Positions 18,595-29,171 of a stretch of DNA of 64,000 nucleotides are shown here, one piece after another. Numbering within the stretch: the stretch's first letter is position 1; the number at the start of each line of letters is the position of its first letter. Under the pieces are notes generated by a model. That model had not been told where the DNA came from and did not search any database. It worked only from the letters and a program-made list of their open reading frames with translations. This stretch comes from Acidimicrobium sp. (GTDB lineage: Bacteria; Actinomycetota; Acidimicrobiia; Acidimicrobiales; Ilumatobacteraceae). A program made the translations under genes and the position numbers. The stretch is from the NCBI GenBank assembly GCA_002737635.1, contig NSIC01000001.1:16891-80890 (forward strand), read 5' to 3'.

Positions 18595-20601
18595 GTGACC
18601 AAACTTCCACCTCCGCCACCACCAGCAAAACCTTCGTCATCAAAGCGCAAGCCTGCTACGCGCAAGAAGCCTGCAAAATTTCTCGGCAAAAAATCGAACA
18701 AAACATCAGCCAGCAAGTCAAACGTCAATAGTGAAGCCGACAAGCCCAGCATGCCCCGTTGGGCAACTTGGGCGATCGTCGCAGTCGTCATTCTGTTGAT
18801 TGCCGGCCCCCGAATTTGGCCAACCTCAACGGCAACAAAATTTACATACACCGAATTTCTAGAACTCGTCAAACAAGGTCAAATCAAACAGGTCGAGATC
18901 AACAACCTGTCGAACCAAATCAGCGGCACGCTCAAAGATGGTGGCGAGTTCGTCACCACTGGTGCAGTCGCTCTATCTGACGCGGACGAAACTTTGCTCA
19001 AAGAAAAAGGCGTCGACTACGACTACTCGACTCCGCAGGGCAACTTCTTCACAAATTTGATCCCGCTGTTGTTGCCGTTCATTTTGATCATGGGTTTTTT
19101 CTTTTGGATGCAAAAGCGTGCAATGGGCCAAGCTGGCAGCATCATGTCGATTGGTCGAAGTCGTGCCAAAAACTACAACGCTGACAAACCTGCAACTACT
19201 TTCGCCGACGTCGCCGGCTACGAAGGTGTAAAGCAAGAGATTCGAGAAGTCGTCGATTTCTTAAAGATGCCGGAAAGTTTCAAAGAAATCGGTGCTCGCG
19301 TGCCAAAGGGAGTACTCCTGGTTGGCCCTCCTGGCACTGGTAAAACACTCTTCGCTCGTGCGGTTGCCGGTGAGGCTGGCGTTGGTTTCTTGTCGGTCAC
19401 TGGTTCTGACTTCATGGAGATGTTTGTTGGCGTCGGTGCAAGCCGAGTTCGTGATCTGTTCCAACAGGCACGAAAAATGGGACGAGCGATCATCTTCGTC
19501 GATGAAATTGATTCAATCGGTCGCAAGCGCGGTGCCGGCCTTGGTGGCGGTCACGACGAGCGTGAGCAAACTCTCAATCAGCTGCTCGCCGAGATGGATG
19601 GCTTTGAAACCACCGAAGGTGTAATCGTGATGGCGGCAACAAACCGCCCCGACATTTTGGATGCTGCGCTGTTACGCCCGGGTCGATTCGATCGCCAAGT
19701 AATCATGCCGTTGCCAGAATGCGAAGAGCGTCTCGCAATTCTCACCGTGCACTCAAAAGGCAAGCGAATGGGTACAGATGTCGTGCTTGACACAATGGCC
19801 AAGGCGACGCCTGGCATGAGTGGCGCCGATCTCGCAAACCTGGTCAATGAATCGGCGTTGCTCGCTGTTCGACGCGGATCAAAAGTGATCGAACACATCG
19901 ATTTCGAAAACGCTCGAGACCGAGTGATCATGGGTGCCCGTCGTGAAAGTTTAATTCTTAACGCAGAAGAAAAACGAGCGACTGCATATCACGAAGGTGG
20001 TCATGCTGTACTCGCGACTGTTCTGCCTCATAGCGACCCGCTACACAAGGTCACGATTTTGCCGCGTGGCATGGCACTCGGTGTCACATGGACACTTCCA
20101 GAAGAACGCCACACATATTCGCGTGACTATTTTAAAGACATGATCTGCAAAGCAATGGGTGGTCGTGTCGCCGAAATGATCGTCTTTGGACATCTGAATA
20201 GTGGCGCCGCAAACGACCTCGAACAGGCAACCTCGATCGCCCGCCGCATGGTGCGCGAATGGGGCATGAGTGATGCCGTCGGACCAATGGCCTGGAGTTC
20301 ACAGCAACAAGTCTTTCTAGGCGAAGACCTGATGACTAACGGTCGCGAATATTCAGACGAGACCGCACGCATGATCGACTTAGAAATTGGTTTAATCTTG
20401 CGCGAGCAAGAAGCCCGAGCCAAGGTGTTGCTCGAAAAAAATCGTGCTGGTCTCGACCTCGTAGCCCATAGCCTGCTCGAACAAGAGACAATCGACGGCG
20501 CAACTGTCGCCCGTTTGGTTCAAGAAGGCCTCGGCCGACCACAAATTGTCGAACCATCACCCGGCGTGACGCGAAAAACTAGCGAAACAACTGAAAATTA
20601 A
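18595..20601 (+). CDS. ftsH: ATP-dependent zinc metalloprotease FtsH
   Basis: Walker [20 protein letters not shown], Walker [32 protein letters not shown], zinc site HEGGHAV. GTG 18595 lies 7 nt after a TATCAT hexamer (leaderless-type layout). An alternative start is ATG 18751 ([10 protein letters not shown]...). Confidence 0.95.
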   Translation: MTKLPPPPPPAKPSSSKRKPATRKKPAKFLGKKSNKTSASKSNVNSEADKPSMPRWATWAIVAVVILLIAGPRIWPTSTATKFTYTEFLELVKQGQIKQVEINNLSNQISGTLKDGGEFVTTGAVALSDADETLLKEKGVDYDYSTPQGNFFTNLIPLLLPFILIMGFFFWMQKRAMGQAGSIMSIGRSRAKNYNADKPATTFADVAGYEGVKQEIREVVDFLKMPESFKEIGARVPKGVLLVGPPGTGKTLFARAVAGEAGVGFLSVTGSDFMEMFVGVGASRVRDLFQQARKMGRAIIFVDEIDSIGRKRGAGLGGGHDEREQTLNQLLAEMDGFETTEGVIVMAATNRPDILDAALLRPGRFDRQVIMPLPECEERLAILTVHSKGKRMGTDVVLDTMAKATPGMSGADLANLVNESALLAVRRGSKVIEHIDFENARDRVIMGARRESLILNAEEKRATAYHEGGHAVLATVLPHSDPLHKVTILPRGMALGVTWTLPEERHTYSRDYFKDMICKAMGGRVAEMIVFGHLNSGAANDLEQATSIARRMVREWGMSDAVGPMAWSSQQQVFLGEDLMTNGREYSDETARMIDLEIGLILREQEARAKVLLEKNRAGLDLVAHSLLEQETIDGATVARLVQEGLGRPQIVEPSPGVTRKTSETTEN

Positions 20602-20606
20602 ATTTC

Positions 20607-21059
20607 TTAGTGATCGTGATTGGCGTCACGACACGAAGGCACATCAACCTTTGGGTCTCGACACTTCGCTAATGCTGCCCAAAGATCAGTTGCCGTAACG
20701 GGCCCGACCGTTGCAAATCTGACCACGCCTTGGTTGTCGGCAATCACGGTTGTCGGCACAGAATCAATTTGATATCGCTCATGCAAATCGCGCTTGTCAA
20801 GATAGTCGATTATATTCACCGCAACCTCGTTGCTTTCAAGTACTAAAGCTTTTGTCGCTACATCACGACAGGCATCGCAAGTAGACGATGTAAATACTGC
20901 AACCAACCAACTCTTATTCGCCGCCGAAAAGTCTTGCCAGTCCAACTGATGCGGCACTGCCCCGCGCACCTGGGCTGGTGCATCAGACTTGCGCAGGCGC
21001 AATATCAGACTCATTACGCCAGCGATCAGCAATACCGCAAACGCAACAGTAGTACGCAT
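20607..21059 (-). CDS. Membrane-anchored thioredoxin-fold protein
   Basis: N-terminal TM helix, a CxxC motif in Trx context (WLVAVFTSSTCDACRD) and a cis-Pro-type SVPTTV. Its start abuts the stop of the upstream gene at 21059. Confidence 0.65.
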   Translation of the reverse strand: MRTTVAFAVLLIAGVMSLILRLRKSDAPAQVRGAVPHQLDWQDFSAANKSWLVAVFTSSTCDACRDVATKALVLESNEVAVNIIDYLDKRDLHERYQIDSVPTTVIADNQGVVRFATVGPVTATDLWAALAKCRDPKVDVPSCRDANHDH

Positions 21060-22570
21060 TACTTTCCCGACACAACTGTGATGCCCGTCGATCGATGCGG
21101 CAAGCCGAGCACGCTTGAAACACCGATGAGTTCGTGTCCGCGCGTTATCTCTCGCTGCACGACAATTTCGTTGTCCGCCTCAACCACGATTGGCAAGTCG
21201 GCACTCGTCGCCAGAATCTTCACTTCTAATATGGCCGCCGCACCCAACTGGATTTGTTTGAAACCGTCGATTGGCACCGACCCAGCAGGTCCAATTGTTG
21301 AGATTTTTATCGTTGTGACCAACGATGTCGCATTAAGGATAATTATCGAACCACCCGAAACCGGCACCCCGCTTGGCACTGTCCAAATTCGCGATGGCGC
21401 ACCAAACGGCGCACCAAAAACTGTTGTCGTGCCCGTTTTTTTATCTAACTTACGACTAACGACCTGTTCGACAACCACAAACTCATCTGACGAATCTTGG
21501 TCACTGGCTACAAAGTCGTCAGTGATGCTTGAAACAACGATTCCGTATCGACCGTCGGTGATCGCCGGCAACTTTGAAGTTGCCAAAGTTGTAACGCGCC
21601 CGGCAGGAATTGTCAATAAAAGTGGCTCACGAAAAATCTCGTCGGTGACACCATTCAAAAAAGCGACACTGACAGATTGATCTCTATCGGTCGGGTTAAA
21701 AACCACGAGCTGTTCATCTGAATCCAGATTTTTTTGACCACCGGCAAACCACCACTGACGACTTGTCGACGCCGCACCAAGCGAAGTCGAATAACCAAGA
21801 CGACCCCGACCAAAAAAATGTTGAAGTTTGCCAGCCACAAATCGACCCGATGATGCACGAATCGAAACTGCCAAAACAATTTCATTGCGCGCGCCTTGGT
21901 CACCCATCGCTAGCGAATAAACGCTCTCAGGCTCGATGATGATCCCTTTTAACGACGCTGGCTCGCGTTTGCCGTCGCCGGTGACAAAACTTATGTCGAC
22001 CACCGTTGCATCTGGAAACGGGTTACTAAGCAGGATGTTAAACAAGCTGTCCGACCCTGTAAAACCGTCGGCAAAAAACCAACGGTCAGACGGTTTGTTC
22101 GCGCACAACGAAACAGAGTCGCCAGCCGGGTGAATTATCCGCTGCTCAACTGCCGCACCACCATTATCAAGCTCAACGATCGCACTGATGTGTTTACTCT
22201 TGCGCCCGCCAGTTGCGTCGATCACGCGCCGAGTAAACGGCTGAACTACCAACAGTGCCGAGGCCGCAGGTTTATCACTCGACAAGAAAGTGACTTTGCC
22301 TGTGATCGGGATATCTGAAGAGTTCGCGATGATGATTTCACTAGTCACAGTCTTTTCTAAACCGGGCACTCCGGGGCAAAACCACGAAGATGAAACTTGC
22401 GAACTGCCAGCAACGCCGGGCATTGAAGACAAACCAAAAATGTTTTCAGATCTTTGCTCGGACAGAGTTTGAAAATCTTCATCGCCAAGTTGACTAACAA
22501 AAATCAACGCAACAAGTGCCGTCAGCACCAACAAGAGCGTCAGGGCGAAACGCCATTCAATCTTTTTCAT
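21059..22570 (-). CDS. Membrane-anchored secreted beta-rich protein (DUF5719-like)
   Basis: 503 aa with an N-terminal signal/anchor (ALTLLLVLTALVALIFV). It has no enzymatic motifs. It has a 4-nt overlap with the upstream GT2 gene. The family assignment comes from memory of the GT2+DUF5719 pairing in Actinomycetota. Confidence 0.6.
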   Translation of the reverse strand: MKKIEWRFALTLLLVLTALVALIFVSQLGDEDFQTLSEQRSENIFGLSSMPGVAGSSQVSSSWFCPGVPGLEKTVTSEIIIANSSDIPITGKVTFLSSDKPAASALLVVQPFTRRVIDATGGRKSKHISAIVELDNGGAAVEQRIIHPAGDSVSLCANKPSDRWFFADGFTGSDSLFNILLSNPFPDATVVDISFVTGDGKREPASLKGIIIEPESVYSLAMGDQGARNEIVLAVSIRASSGRFVAGKLQHFFGRGRLGYSTSLGAASTSRQWWFAGGQKNLDSDEQLVVFNPTDRDQSVSVAFLNGVTDEIFREPLLLTIPAGRVTTLATSKLPAITDGRYGIVVSSITDDFVASDQDSSDEFVVVEQVVSRKLDKKTGTTTVFGAPFGAPSRIWTVPSGVPVSGGSIIILNATSLVTTIKISTIGPAGSVPIDGFKQIQLGAAAILEVKILATSADLPIVVEADNEIVVQREITRGHELIGVSSVLGLPHRSTGITVVSGK

Positions 22571-25500
22571 CGGGATGCCATATCTATTTTTTGTTCTGGT
22601 CGAGATGAATCAGCCACAAGGGTGACCCTTTTGGCTTCAATTTGCCGTATCCGTCCGCGAAAACGCGAAAAGTTGGCTGCGAGCATCAAAAGACACAGCC
22701 AAACTGAAGCTTGCAAAATTAAATATAAATAGCGCAACGGTGAAGTTTGATATTGCAAGCTGACGACGCCTGCAATCGGTGCGTCAAAAGCGGTTGAAGA
22801 ACCAAAAGCCACACGCGGTGAAAGTTGCGCATCGTCAACCATCAGATGCCAACGCGAATCAAATGGCACAGCCACATGAACGGTTCCACCAGAAAATCTG
22901 CTGCTAACACGCTTGGCGGCCACAAAATTCTCGTCGACCAACATCGGCGTTGTCGACTTCAGTTCTTGGCTCGTCAGAGCAATGTCACTTGCTTGTTCGC
23001 TCGCCACAGATGACTCTTCACTAAGCACGCTGACAATCGGTAGCCAAGAAACATTTTCGAAGATGACCAAGTCGCGGGCGAAATAAATTCGTCGTAAGTC
23101 AAGTTGATTCGATAAAGACTCGACAAGGTTTGTAGCCGTGGTCGACGCCGAGTCGCCAAGTGGCACAACCAAATAACGGATGGCAAGTGGTGAGATAGCG
23201 CGACCAATTCGAATCGTGTCGTTTGAGACCAACGAATTAAGCGCACGCTGTGCGGCAAGATTCATCGTGGTTTCTTGGGGTGCCCAATAAGAGCTGAAGT
23301 TGACAGCCCCATCGTCAGCGACACCATATGAAATTTCGGCAGTCACCGAGTTGGTGGCGACTGGCAACAAGTCACGATCGCCTAAATAGAGTGTGCGATA
23401 GTTGCCTTCTTTTGGATTGTCGGGCAACTGTTCAAGCAACTGTGGCACCAAAGTTTCGGGTTGACTCCAGCGTCCATCCGTGACACCCAACAATGTCGGA
23501 GCAATTGTCAACGCGATCGAGATTGGCACTAGCAAACTCAACGAGCGTCGCCAGTCAGATGTTCGACTCATGTTGGTCTCGGCAAACACGCTGAGACAAG
23601 TCGCCACGGCCAAGGCCAAGCCACAAGCAACGAGCGTCAGCATCACCGAAGGCTCTGGGAGTGCAAATGGTAATTCACCCTGATCGTCAAGAACCACAAA
23701 CAACAAACCAAAGACGACGAGCACTGCTGCACGAATTGCCCACAGTCTGCGCCAACTGTCGGCAACGATCAAAGCGCAAACAACGCAAAAATAAATGGCT
23801 AGTACCAAAAATCCACCACGCGTGTTACCGAGATCAAGTCGAGCCAGTGAGCCGAGACCAATTTTTCGATCAGCAACACCTTGATCTCCGGCTAGAAGTT
23901 GCCACCAATTGCTTGAGACAAAATGCATCGACCAGGGCAGGTTGATAAATACCGAGCCGACAAGCCCCGTCAACCCGACCAAAGATGTCGTTAAGAGCTT
24001 TCTGGCAGAAACACCACCCAAGAAAGATGCAAAAACCCAAAGGCAAATAATCACCAAAAACAGAATCGCGATACTCGGTGTGAACGCAAACACGAGACCA
24101 AGAATCAAGAGCAGCCCTGCCACGAGTTGGGTTCGGCGCACCAAACCCTGATCGACCCCATCTTGATATCGATTGAGAATGTCAAACAACCACGGCGCAG
24201 CGGCAATACAGATCAGTGCCGAAAACCGTCCGTGCGAAATTGCATTGAATGAAAGCGGCAAAGCAACATATACAACTGCAGCACCCAGACGCACCCGCGT
24301 GTTGGCGAATGCACCACAAAGACGCCACATGCCAATTAAGCCGATGAATAGCGACCCGACGATCATCAAAGTTTGTAGCAACGCGAGATTGCCAAAAAGT
24401 ACAAATGATGCCAGTGCGATTAGTCCAAGCCCCGTCGGATTAGCAGACGCTTCGCCAAAACCACTCGACCACCACCCCGAGAGAAAATTTGTCCAGATTG
24501 AGCTGGTCGAGACTGATCCATTTTCAAACGGCAACATCTCGCCTACGACTCGCGATGAGTCGGTGATAATTTCTCTGCTACCGAGAAGTATCAGCACTGT
24601 GACGACTAAAAGTGTTGTGCCTGCGGTACGCGTCGAGCTCTGCTTCCAACGCTTTTTGGTTTCGACCAAGGATGCAATCTCTCGCGACGCCAGTGCTCGG
24701 CGGCGACGAATAAACCTCGTAAGTCGAGCTGAGCCCTTCACCTGAAGTTTTGCTATTTCGCTCGCAGCAACACGACGTAGAAGTCGAACTTGTCGTCGCG
24801 TTCGCCAAATATATGAAGCATCAACTACTAGTGCAACGGTTGATCGAAAACTCGCTAACGATTCACGAAAGGTGCCGGTGAATACACCCAGAATTATCTC
24901 AATAGCCGAAGTCAGCAACATCTGCAACCAAACAAATGGCAGTCGCCAACGACTCGTCAGCGTCGCCACGGTTCGTGCGCGATTTCGCGCAACACTTGCC
25001 CGCGAAACCAGATGTGGTGAACGAGTTTCAAAACTATTCAGGTGCCTCGCCACGGCCGTCGGTGCCACAAGAACTCGAGCACCACTCAAATGCGCACGCC
25101 AACAAAAATCTAAATCCTCGCCAAAAAACAAAATATCTTGATTGAAACCATTAAGTTCGCGGAACAAATCTGAGCGCACGAGCATGCACGCCGAACTGAC
25201 AAAGAAAACATCCCGCACCGAGTCGTGCTGCTCTTGGTCACGTTCATTTTGCTCGATGAACACGTCAATCTCACCACAACGATCAATGCCGAAACCCACG
25301 GATTGTAATATCGTCGTTTTTTCCCACTGCAAAAGTTTCGGTCCAACGACCGCAGCGTTAGAGATAAAGAGTTCTTGAACCAAGGTTCGCACGGTGTTCG
25401 GGTTCAAGACGACATCGTCGTGCATGATGCAAAACAAGCCTCCATCACCCTCGACAACCCGTTGCAGTTCATTGATCAGTCGACCGAAACCTGGGTTGCC

Positions 25501-25761
25501 CTCGACAATTCGCACCACGGCATTTGGCAGCGTGTCGGTAATTCTTATTGAAAGCAAATTGGCTTCGCTCGTGTCGACACCAGAGTCAGAAAAGGTAGTC
25601 GTCAAGAAAAAAACGTTGCTGATATTCGAGTAATCCTGGCCAGCCAGCCCCGCGAGAACTTCATCAAACCAAGAGCCTGGTTGGTGCACAACCATCGCTG
25701 TCACCACTAGGGGCGCAGAAACCACTTGGCTTTGCATTTCATCAACGGGCTCATTACTCAC
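22567..25761 (-). CDS. Family-2 glycosyltransferase fused to a large polytopic membrane domain
   Basis: The N-terminal ~300 aa are a GT2 domain (VVTAMVVHQPG..., IMHDDV, FGEDLDFCWRAHLSGARV). About 400 aa of TM helices follow, then a ~300-aa extracytoplasmic domain and a C-terminal TM helix. 1064 aa in total. Confidence 0.85.
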   Translation of the reverse strand: MSNEPVDEMQSQVVSAPLVVTAMVVHQPGSWFDEVLAGLAGQDYSNISNVFFLTTTFSDSGVDTSEANLLSIRITDTLPNAVVRIVEGNPGFGRLINELQRVVEGDGGLFCIMHDDVVLNPNTVRTLVQELFISNAAVVGPKLLQWEKTTILQSVGFGIDRCGEIDVFIEQNERDQEQHDSVRDVFFVSSACMLVRSDLFRELNGFNQDILFFGEDLDFCWRAHLSGARVLVAPTAVARHLNSFETRSPHLVSRASVARNRARTVATLTSRWRLPFVWLQMLLTSAIEIILGVFTGTFRESLASFRSTVALVVDASYIWRTRRQVRLLRRVAASEIAKLQVKGSARLTRFIRRRRALASREIASLVETKKRWKQSSTRTAGTTLLVVTVLILLGSREIITDSSRVVGEMLPFENGSVSTSSIWTNFLSGWWSSGFGEASANPTGLGLIALASFVLFGNLALLQTLMIVGSLFIGLIGMWRLCGAFANTRVRLGAAVVYVALPLSFNAISHGRFSALICIAAAPWLFDILNRYQDGVDQGLVRRTQLVAGLLLILGLVFAFTPSIAILFLVIICLWVFASFLGGVSARKLLTTSLVGLTGLVGSVFINLPWSMHFVSSNWWQLLAGDQGVADRKIGLGSLARLDLGNTRGGFLVLAIYFCVVCALIVADSWRRLWAIRAAVLVVFGLLFVVLDDQGELPFALPEPSVMLTLVACGLALAVATCLSVFAETNMSRTSDWRRSLSLLVPISIALTIAPTLLGVTDGRWSQPETLVPQLLEQLPDNPKEGNYRTLYLGDRDLLPVATNSVTAEISYGVADDGAVNFSSYWAPQETTMNLAAQRALNSLVSNDTIRIGRAISPLAIRYLVVPLGDSASTTATNLVESLSNQLDLRRIYFARDLVIFENVSWLPIVSVLSEESSVASEQASDIALTSQELKSTTPMLVDENFVAAKRVSSRFSGGTVHVAVPFDSRWHLMVDDAQLSPRVAFGSSTAFDAPIAGVVSLQYQTSPLRYLYLILQASVWLCLLMLAANFSRFRGRIRQIEAKRVTLVADSSRPEQKIDMASR

Positions 25762-25809
25762 GATGCAATAAGACTACTAATTTGCGACAAACTACTAACC
25801 TTGTTCTCA

Positions 25810-27105
25810 ATGTCGCAGCAATCTGCTAATTCATCGTTGCCGACAGAACAAAAGCGCAGCGTCATTCCTGAGGGCACTATTGCTATTGCCATTGGACTGC
25901 TGATTGCCGGTGTGACAATTTACATATTTTTCAAAATTGGTCAACAAGCATTGGGCCAGGAAGAATTCAAACCTCTGGTGTCGCTGTGGTTCGTGATGTT
26001 TGCAATCGCGCCTGGTTTCTTTTTGCCAGTCGAACAAGAACTTAGCCGGGCGATCGCGCATCGAAAAGCACTCGGCCAAGGCACGACACCAGTGGTAAAA
26101 AAGGTCGCACTGCTGTGCAGCATGATCGTCGTTTTTTTGGTTGTGCTAATTCTCGTTCTCTCGCCGGTGATCAACGACAACCTATTCGAAGGTCATGCAA
26201 TCATTACCGCAAGTTTGGCGATCGCCATAGTCACATATGGCATGTTGTATTTCACCAAAGGTCTTTCATCTGGTTTGGGCAAATTTTCTGCATACGGGTT
26301 CATCGTCGGCTCGGACGGCGCGATCAGGGTCATCGCCTGCACAGTTTTGTTAATTGCCGGCGTCACACAACTCTCTGCATATTCGATAATTATTGTCATC
26401 ACACCAGTTGTCGGTGTGATGATCATTGTGCTTGCTGGTCAGCTTCGCACCGACCCCGGACCGCCTGCCAAGTGGTCAGAAATCACCGAGAATCTCGTCT
26501 GGCTTCTAGGTGGATCAATCTTCGCTGCCGCACTAGTCAACGCGGGGCCAATCACCGTTGACCTGCTCGGCGACAAATCTGATGCAATTCGCGTCACTCA
26601 ATTCGGCAATGCAGTTCTTTTGACCAGAGTGCCGCTGTTTTTATTTCAAGCAGTACAAGCAGCACTTCTACCACGGCTCACACGACTTGCCGCCCGCGGC
26701 GATTTGGATGAATTCAAAATTGGATTTCGCCGACTCGTCGTGCTCGTGATTGGCGTCGGTTTATTTGGCACGGTCGGTGCATTCTTGTTTGGTCCATTCT
26801 TTTTAGATCTGATCTATGGCGGCGGCATCGATCGGCGAACACTCACACTGTTAGCGCTCGCCAGTGGCATCTACATGATGGCTCTTGCTATTGCCCAAGC
26901 AGTCATCGCCTTGCGCGGCCATCGACACGTCGCCCTCGGTTGGGTCTTGGCGTTCGTGAGTTACGTAGCCTCTGCTTGGTTCGTCAGCGAAGATCTCTTC
27001 TTACGAGTCGAAGTGGCGCTAGTTGTGAGTTCGGCCGTCGCGCTGATCTATTTTGCTTTTAGTCTCAGATCGCTATTGCGCTATTTGGCACGTTTGGTTT
27101 CGTAA
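25810..27105 (+). CDS. Polysaccharide flippase-like (MOP/Wzx-type) membrane protein
   Basis: About 430 aa with 12-14 hydrophobic helices and no soluble domain. It is divergent from the GT2 gene. ATG 25810 was chosen because the track start at 25726 overlaps the GT2 start. Confidence 0.6.
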   Translation: MSQQSANSSLPTEQKRSVIPEGTIAIAIGLLIAGVTIYIFFKIGQQALGQEEFKPLVSLWFVMFAIAPGFFLPVEQELSRAIAHRKALGQGTTPVVKKVALLCSMIVVFLVVLILVLSPVINDNLFEGHAIITASLAIAIVTYGMLYFTKGLSSGLGKFSAYGFIVGSDGAIRVIACTVLLIAGVTQLSAYSIIIVITPVVGVMIIVLAGQLRTDPGPPAKWSEITENLVWLLGGSIFAAALVNAGPITVDLLGDKSDAIRVTQFGNAVLLTRVPLFLFQAVQAALLPRLTRLAARGDLDEFKIGFRRLVVLVIGVGLFGTVGAFLFGPFFLDLIYGGGIDRRTLTLLALASGIYMMALAIAQAVIALRGHRHVALGWVLAFVSYVASAWFVSEDLFLRVEVALVVSSAVALIYFAFSLRSLLRYLARLVS

Positions 27106-28064
27106 TTGATGTCGTGTCGAACCATCATCTCGATGAGTTCGTTGAACCCAACTTTGGGCTGCCAACCAAGTTTGGTTTTTGCTTTGGTGGCGTCACCGAT
27201 CAAGAGATCAACTTCAGCGGGCCTGAAAAAGCGCTGGTCTTGACGCACATACTGACGCCAATCTTTTAGATCGGCAGCCGCAAAAGCAACTTCAAGCAAT
27301 TGTTCGATCGAATGACTCTTGCCAGTTGCGACGACAAAATCATCGGGCTTTGGTTGCTGAAGCATCATCCACATGGCTTCGACATAGTCGCCCGCATAGC
27401 CCCAGTCACGCTTGGCTTCAAGATTGCCTAGAACCAGTTCGCTTTGCACGCCGAGTTTGATGCGCGCAACAGAATTCGTGATTTTTCTGGTGACGAATTC
27501 GAGACCACGGCGCGGTCCTTCGTGGTTAAACAAGATGCCTGAGCAAGCGAACATGTCGTAACTCTCGCGATAGTTGACGGTGATGTCGTGCGCAAAAACT
27601 TTCGCCACGCCATAGGGCGACCGCGGATGAAATGGTGTCATCTCTGTCTGCGGGGTTTCGCGCACTTTACCGAACATTTCAGATGACGAGGCCTGATAAA
27701 AACGAATCGGGTTCTTGCGTGCGCCGCCCACCAAACGAATCGCCTCGAGCATTCTCAGCACGCCAAGTCCGGTGATGTTGCCGGTTAGTTCAGCCTGATT
27801 AAACGACATTGCGACGAATGAAATTGCACCAAGGTTGTAAACCTCATCTGGCTGCGACATTTCGAGCGCACTAACAAGGCTTGAAAAATCAGCAAGATCG
27901 CCCGGCACAAGTTGAACAAACGGAAACTCGTCGCGGATCGATTCGGCCTTCGGATTATTTTGTCCCTTTACGAGGCCAAAGACTTCGTAACCCTTCGAAT
28001 GCAAGAATTCGGCAAGATGGCGACCGTCTTGTCCTGTGATGCCGGTAATCAGTGCTCTTGCCAT
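27081..28064 (-). CDS. gmd: GDP-mannose 4,6-dehydratase
   Basis: [74 protein letters not shown] 28064 (MARALITG) was preferred. Confidence 0.95.
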   Translation of the reverse strand: MARALITGITGQDGRHLAEFLHSKGYEVFGLVKGQNNPKAESIRDEFPFVQLVPGDLADFSSLVSALEMSQPDEVYNLGAISFVAMSFNQAELTGNITGLGVLRMLEAIRLVGGARKNPIRFYQASSSEMFGKVRETPQTEMTPFHPRSPYGVAKVFAHDITVNYRESYDMFACSGILFNHEGPRRGLEFVTRKITNSVARIKLGVQSELVLGNLEAKRDWGYAGDYVEAMWMMLQQPKPDDFVVATGKSHSIEQLLEVAFAAADLKDWRQYVRQDQRFFRPAEVDLLIGDATKAKTKLGWQPKVGFNELIEMMVRHDINYETKRAK

Positions 28065-28166
28065 AACGACCATCCAATCTAGTGGCAAATGCGATTGCGA
28101 GAGTTCTGTAGCCATCCAACTCTAAAAAAATGCGCCGATCTACATGAAGCCGTACGCTCAATAGTT

Positions 28167-29171
28167 GTGAATGCAGAAAAAAGTTCGCTATCGATTGTGG
28201 TTCTTGCAGGTGGTGTGGGCGCGGCGCGCTTTCTTAGCGGTCTCGCCCAAGTTAATTCACCGAAACTTACGACAGCACTGGTCAACACGGGCGATGACAC
28301 GGTGCTGCACGGTCTAAATATTTCACCCGACATTGACACGGTGATCTACACGCTCGCCCAAGCAATTGACCCACAAAGAGGTTGGGGTTTGACAAACGAG
28401 TCTTGGCGCGCAATGGAGTCTTTGCAGCGCTATACAAAAGTGCGACCAGCCGATTCGGTCGCAGCCCCCGAGTGGTTCAACCTCGGCGATCAAGATCTCG
28501 CGACGCACTTTTATCGAACCGCGCGCAGAAGTGAAGGCGCCGATGCGTGGCAGATAACCCGAGAAATTTCAGTCGCTTGGTCTGTCGAGCAACAAATCGT
28601 GCCGATGACAAATCAAGATGTCTCAACAGTTGTTGAACTCGCCCAAGATTGCATCGCTGGAAAGACCGGCGAAGTAATCAGCTTTCAGGAATATTTTGTC
28701 AAATATAAACACGACATTGCGGTGCGGTCTGTGAGATTTGTCGGCATCGAAAACGCCAAGCCGAATGCATTGTCGCAGCTAGCAACCGCTGATGCAGTCG
28801 TGATTGCACCGTCCAACCCAATTGTTTCAATTGGGCCGATTCGTGCACTCAACGGCGTTGATGTGACGCTCGGCAAGATTAGAGATCGAGTTGTTGCGAT
28901 TTCACCAATCGTCGGTGGTCATGCAATCAAAGGACCCGCCGATCGCATGCTCAAAGAACTTGGCCACGAGTCATCGGCGCTTGGCGTTGCGCGAATGTAT
29001 TCATCAATAGCCTCAACTCTTATCATTGATGATGTGGACGCAAGCCTGAAGCCTGCAATTGAAGCACTCGGCATGCGTTGCATCGTGACCAACACGATTA
29101 TGTCTGAACCGAAAATTAGTGCCGCGCTTGCACGAACTGCACTTGCATCTTTGAAAGATAGCCAGAAATGA
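28167..29171 (+). CDS. cofD: 2-phospho-L-lactate transferase (F420 biosynthesis, CofD/FbiA)
   Basis: SIVVLAGGVGAARFLSGL at the N-terminus, ...APSNPIVSIGPI..., and overall colinearity with FbiA. The start is uncertain: GTG 28167 was chosen, and the longest ORF starts at ATG 28089. Confidence 0.88.
   Translation: MNAEKSSLSIVVLAGGVGAARFLSGLAQVNSPKLTTALVNTGDDTVLHGLNISPDIDTVIYTLAQAIDPQRGWGLTNESWRAMESLQRYTKVRPADSVAAPEWFNLGDQDLATHFYRTARRSEGADAWQITREISVAWSVEQQIVPMTNQDVSTVVELAQDCIAGKTGEVISFQEYFVKYKHDIAVRSVRFVGIENAKPNALSQLATADAVVIAPSNPIVSIGPIRALNGVDVTLGKIRDRVVAISPIVGGHAIKGPADRMLKELGHESSALGVARMYSSIASTLIIDDVDASLKPAIEALGMRCIVTNTIMSEPKISAALARTALASLKDSQK

Noticed and set aside
26409-26416. TGTCGGTG, the upstream half of the PafBC/RecA-NDp-type promoter motif
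   Set aside because: It lies inside the flippase-like coding region and is not followed by TANNNT at the expected 8-nt spacing. It is most likely a chance occurrence.
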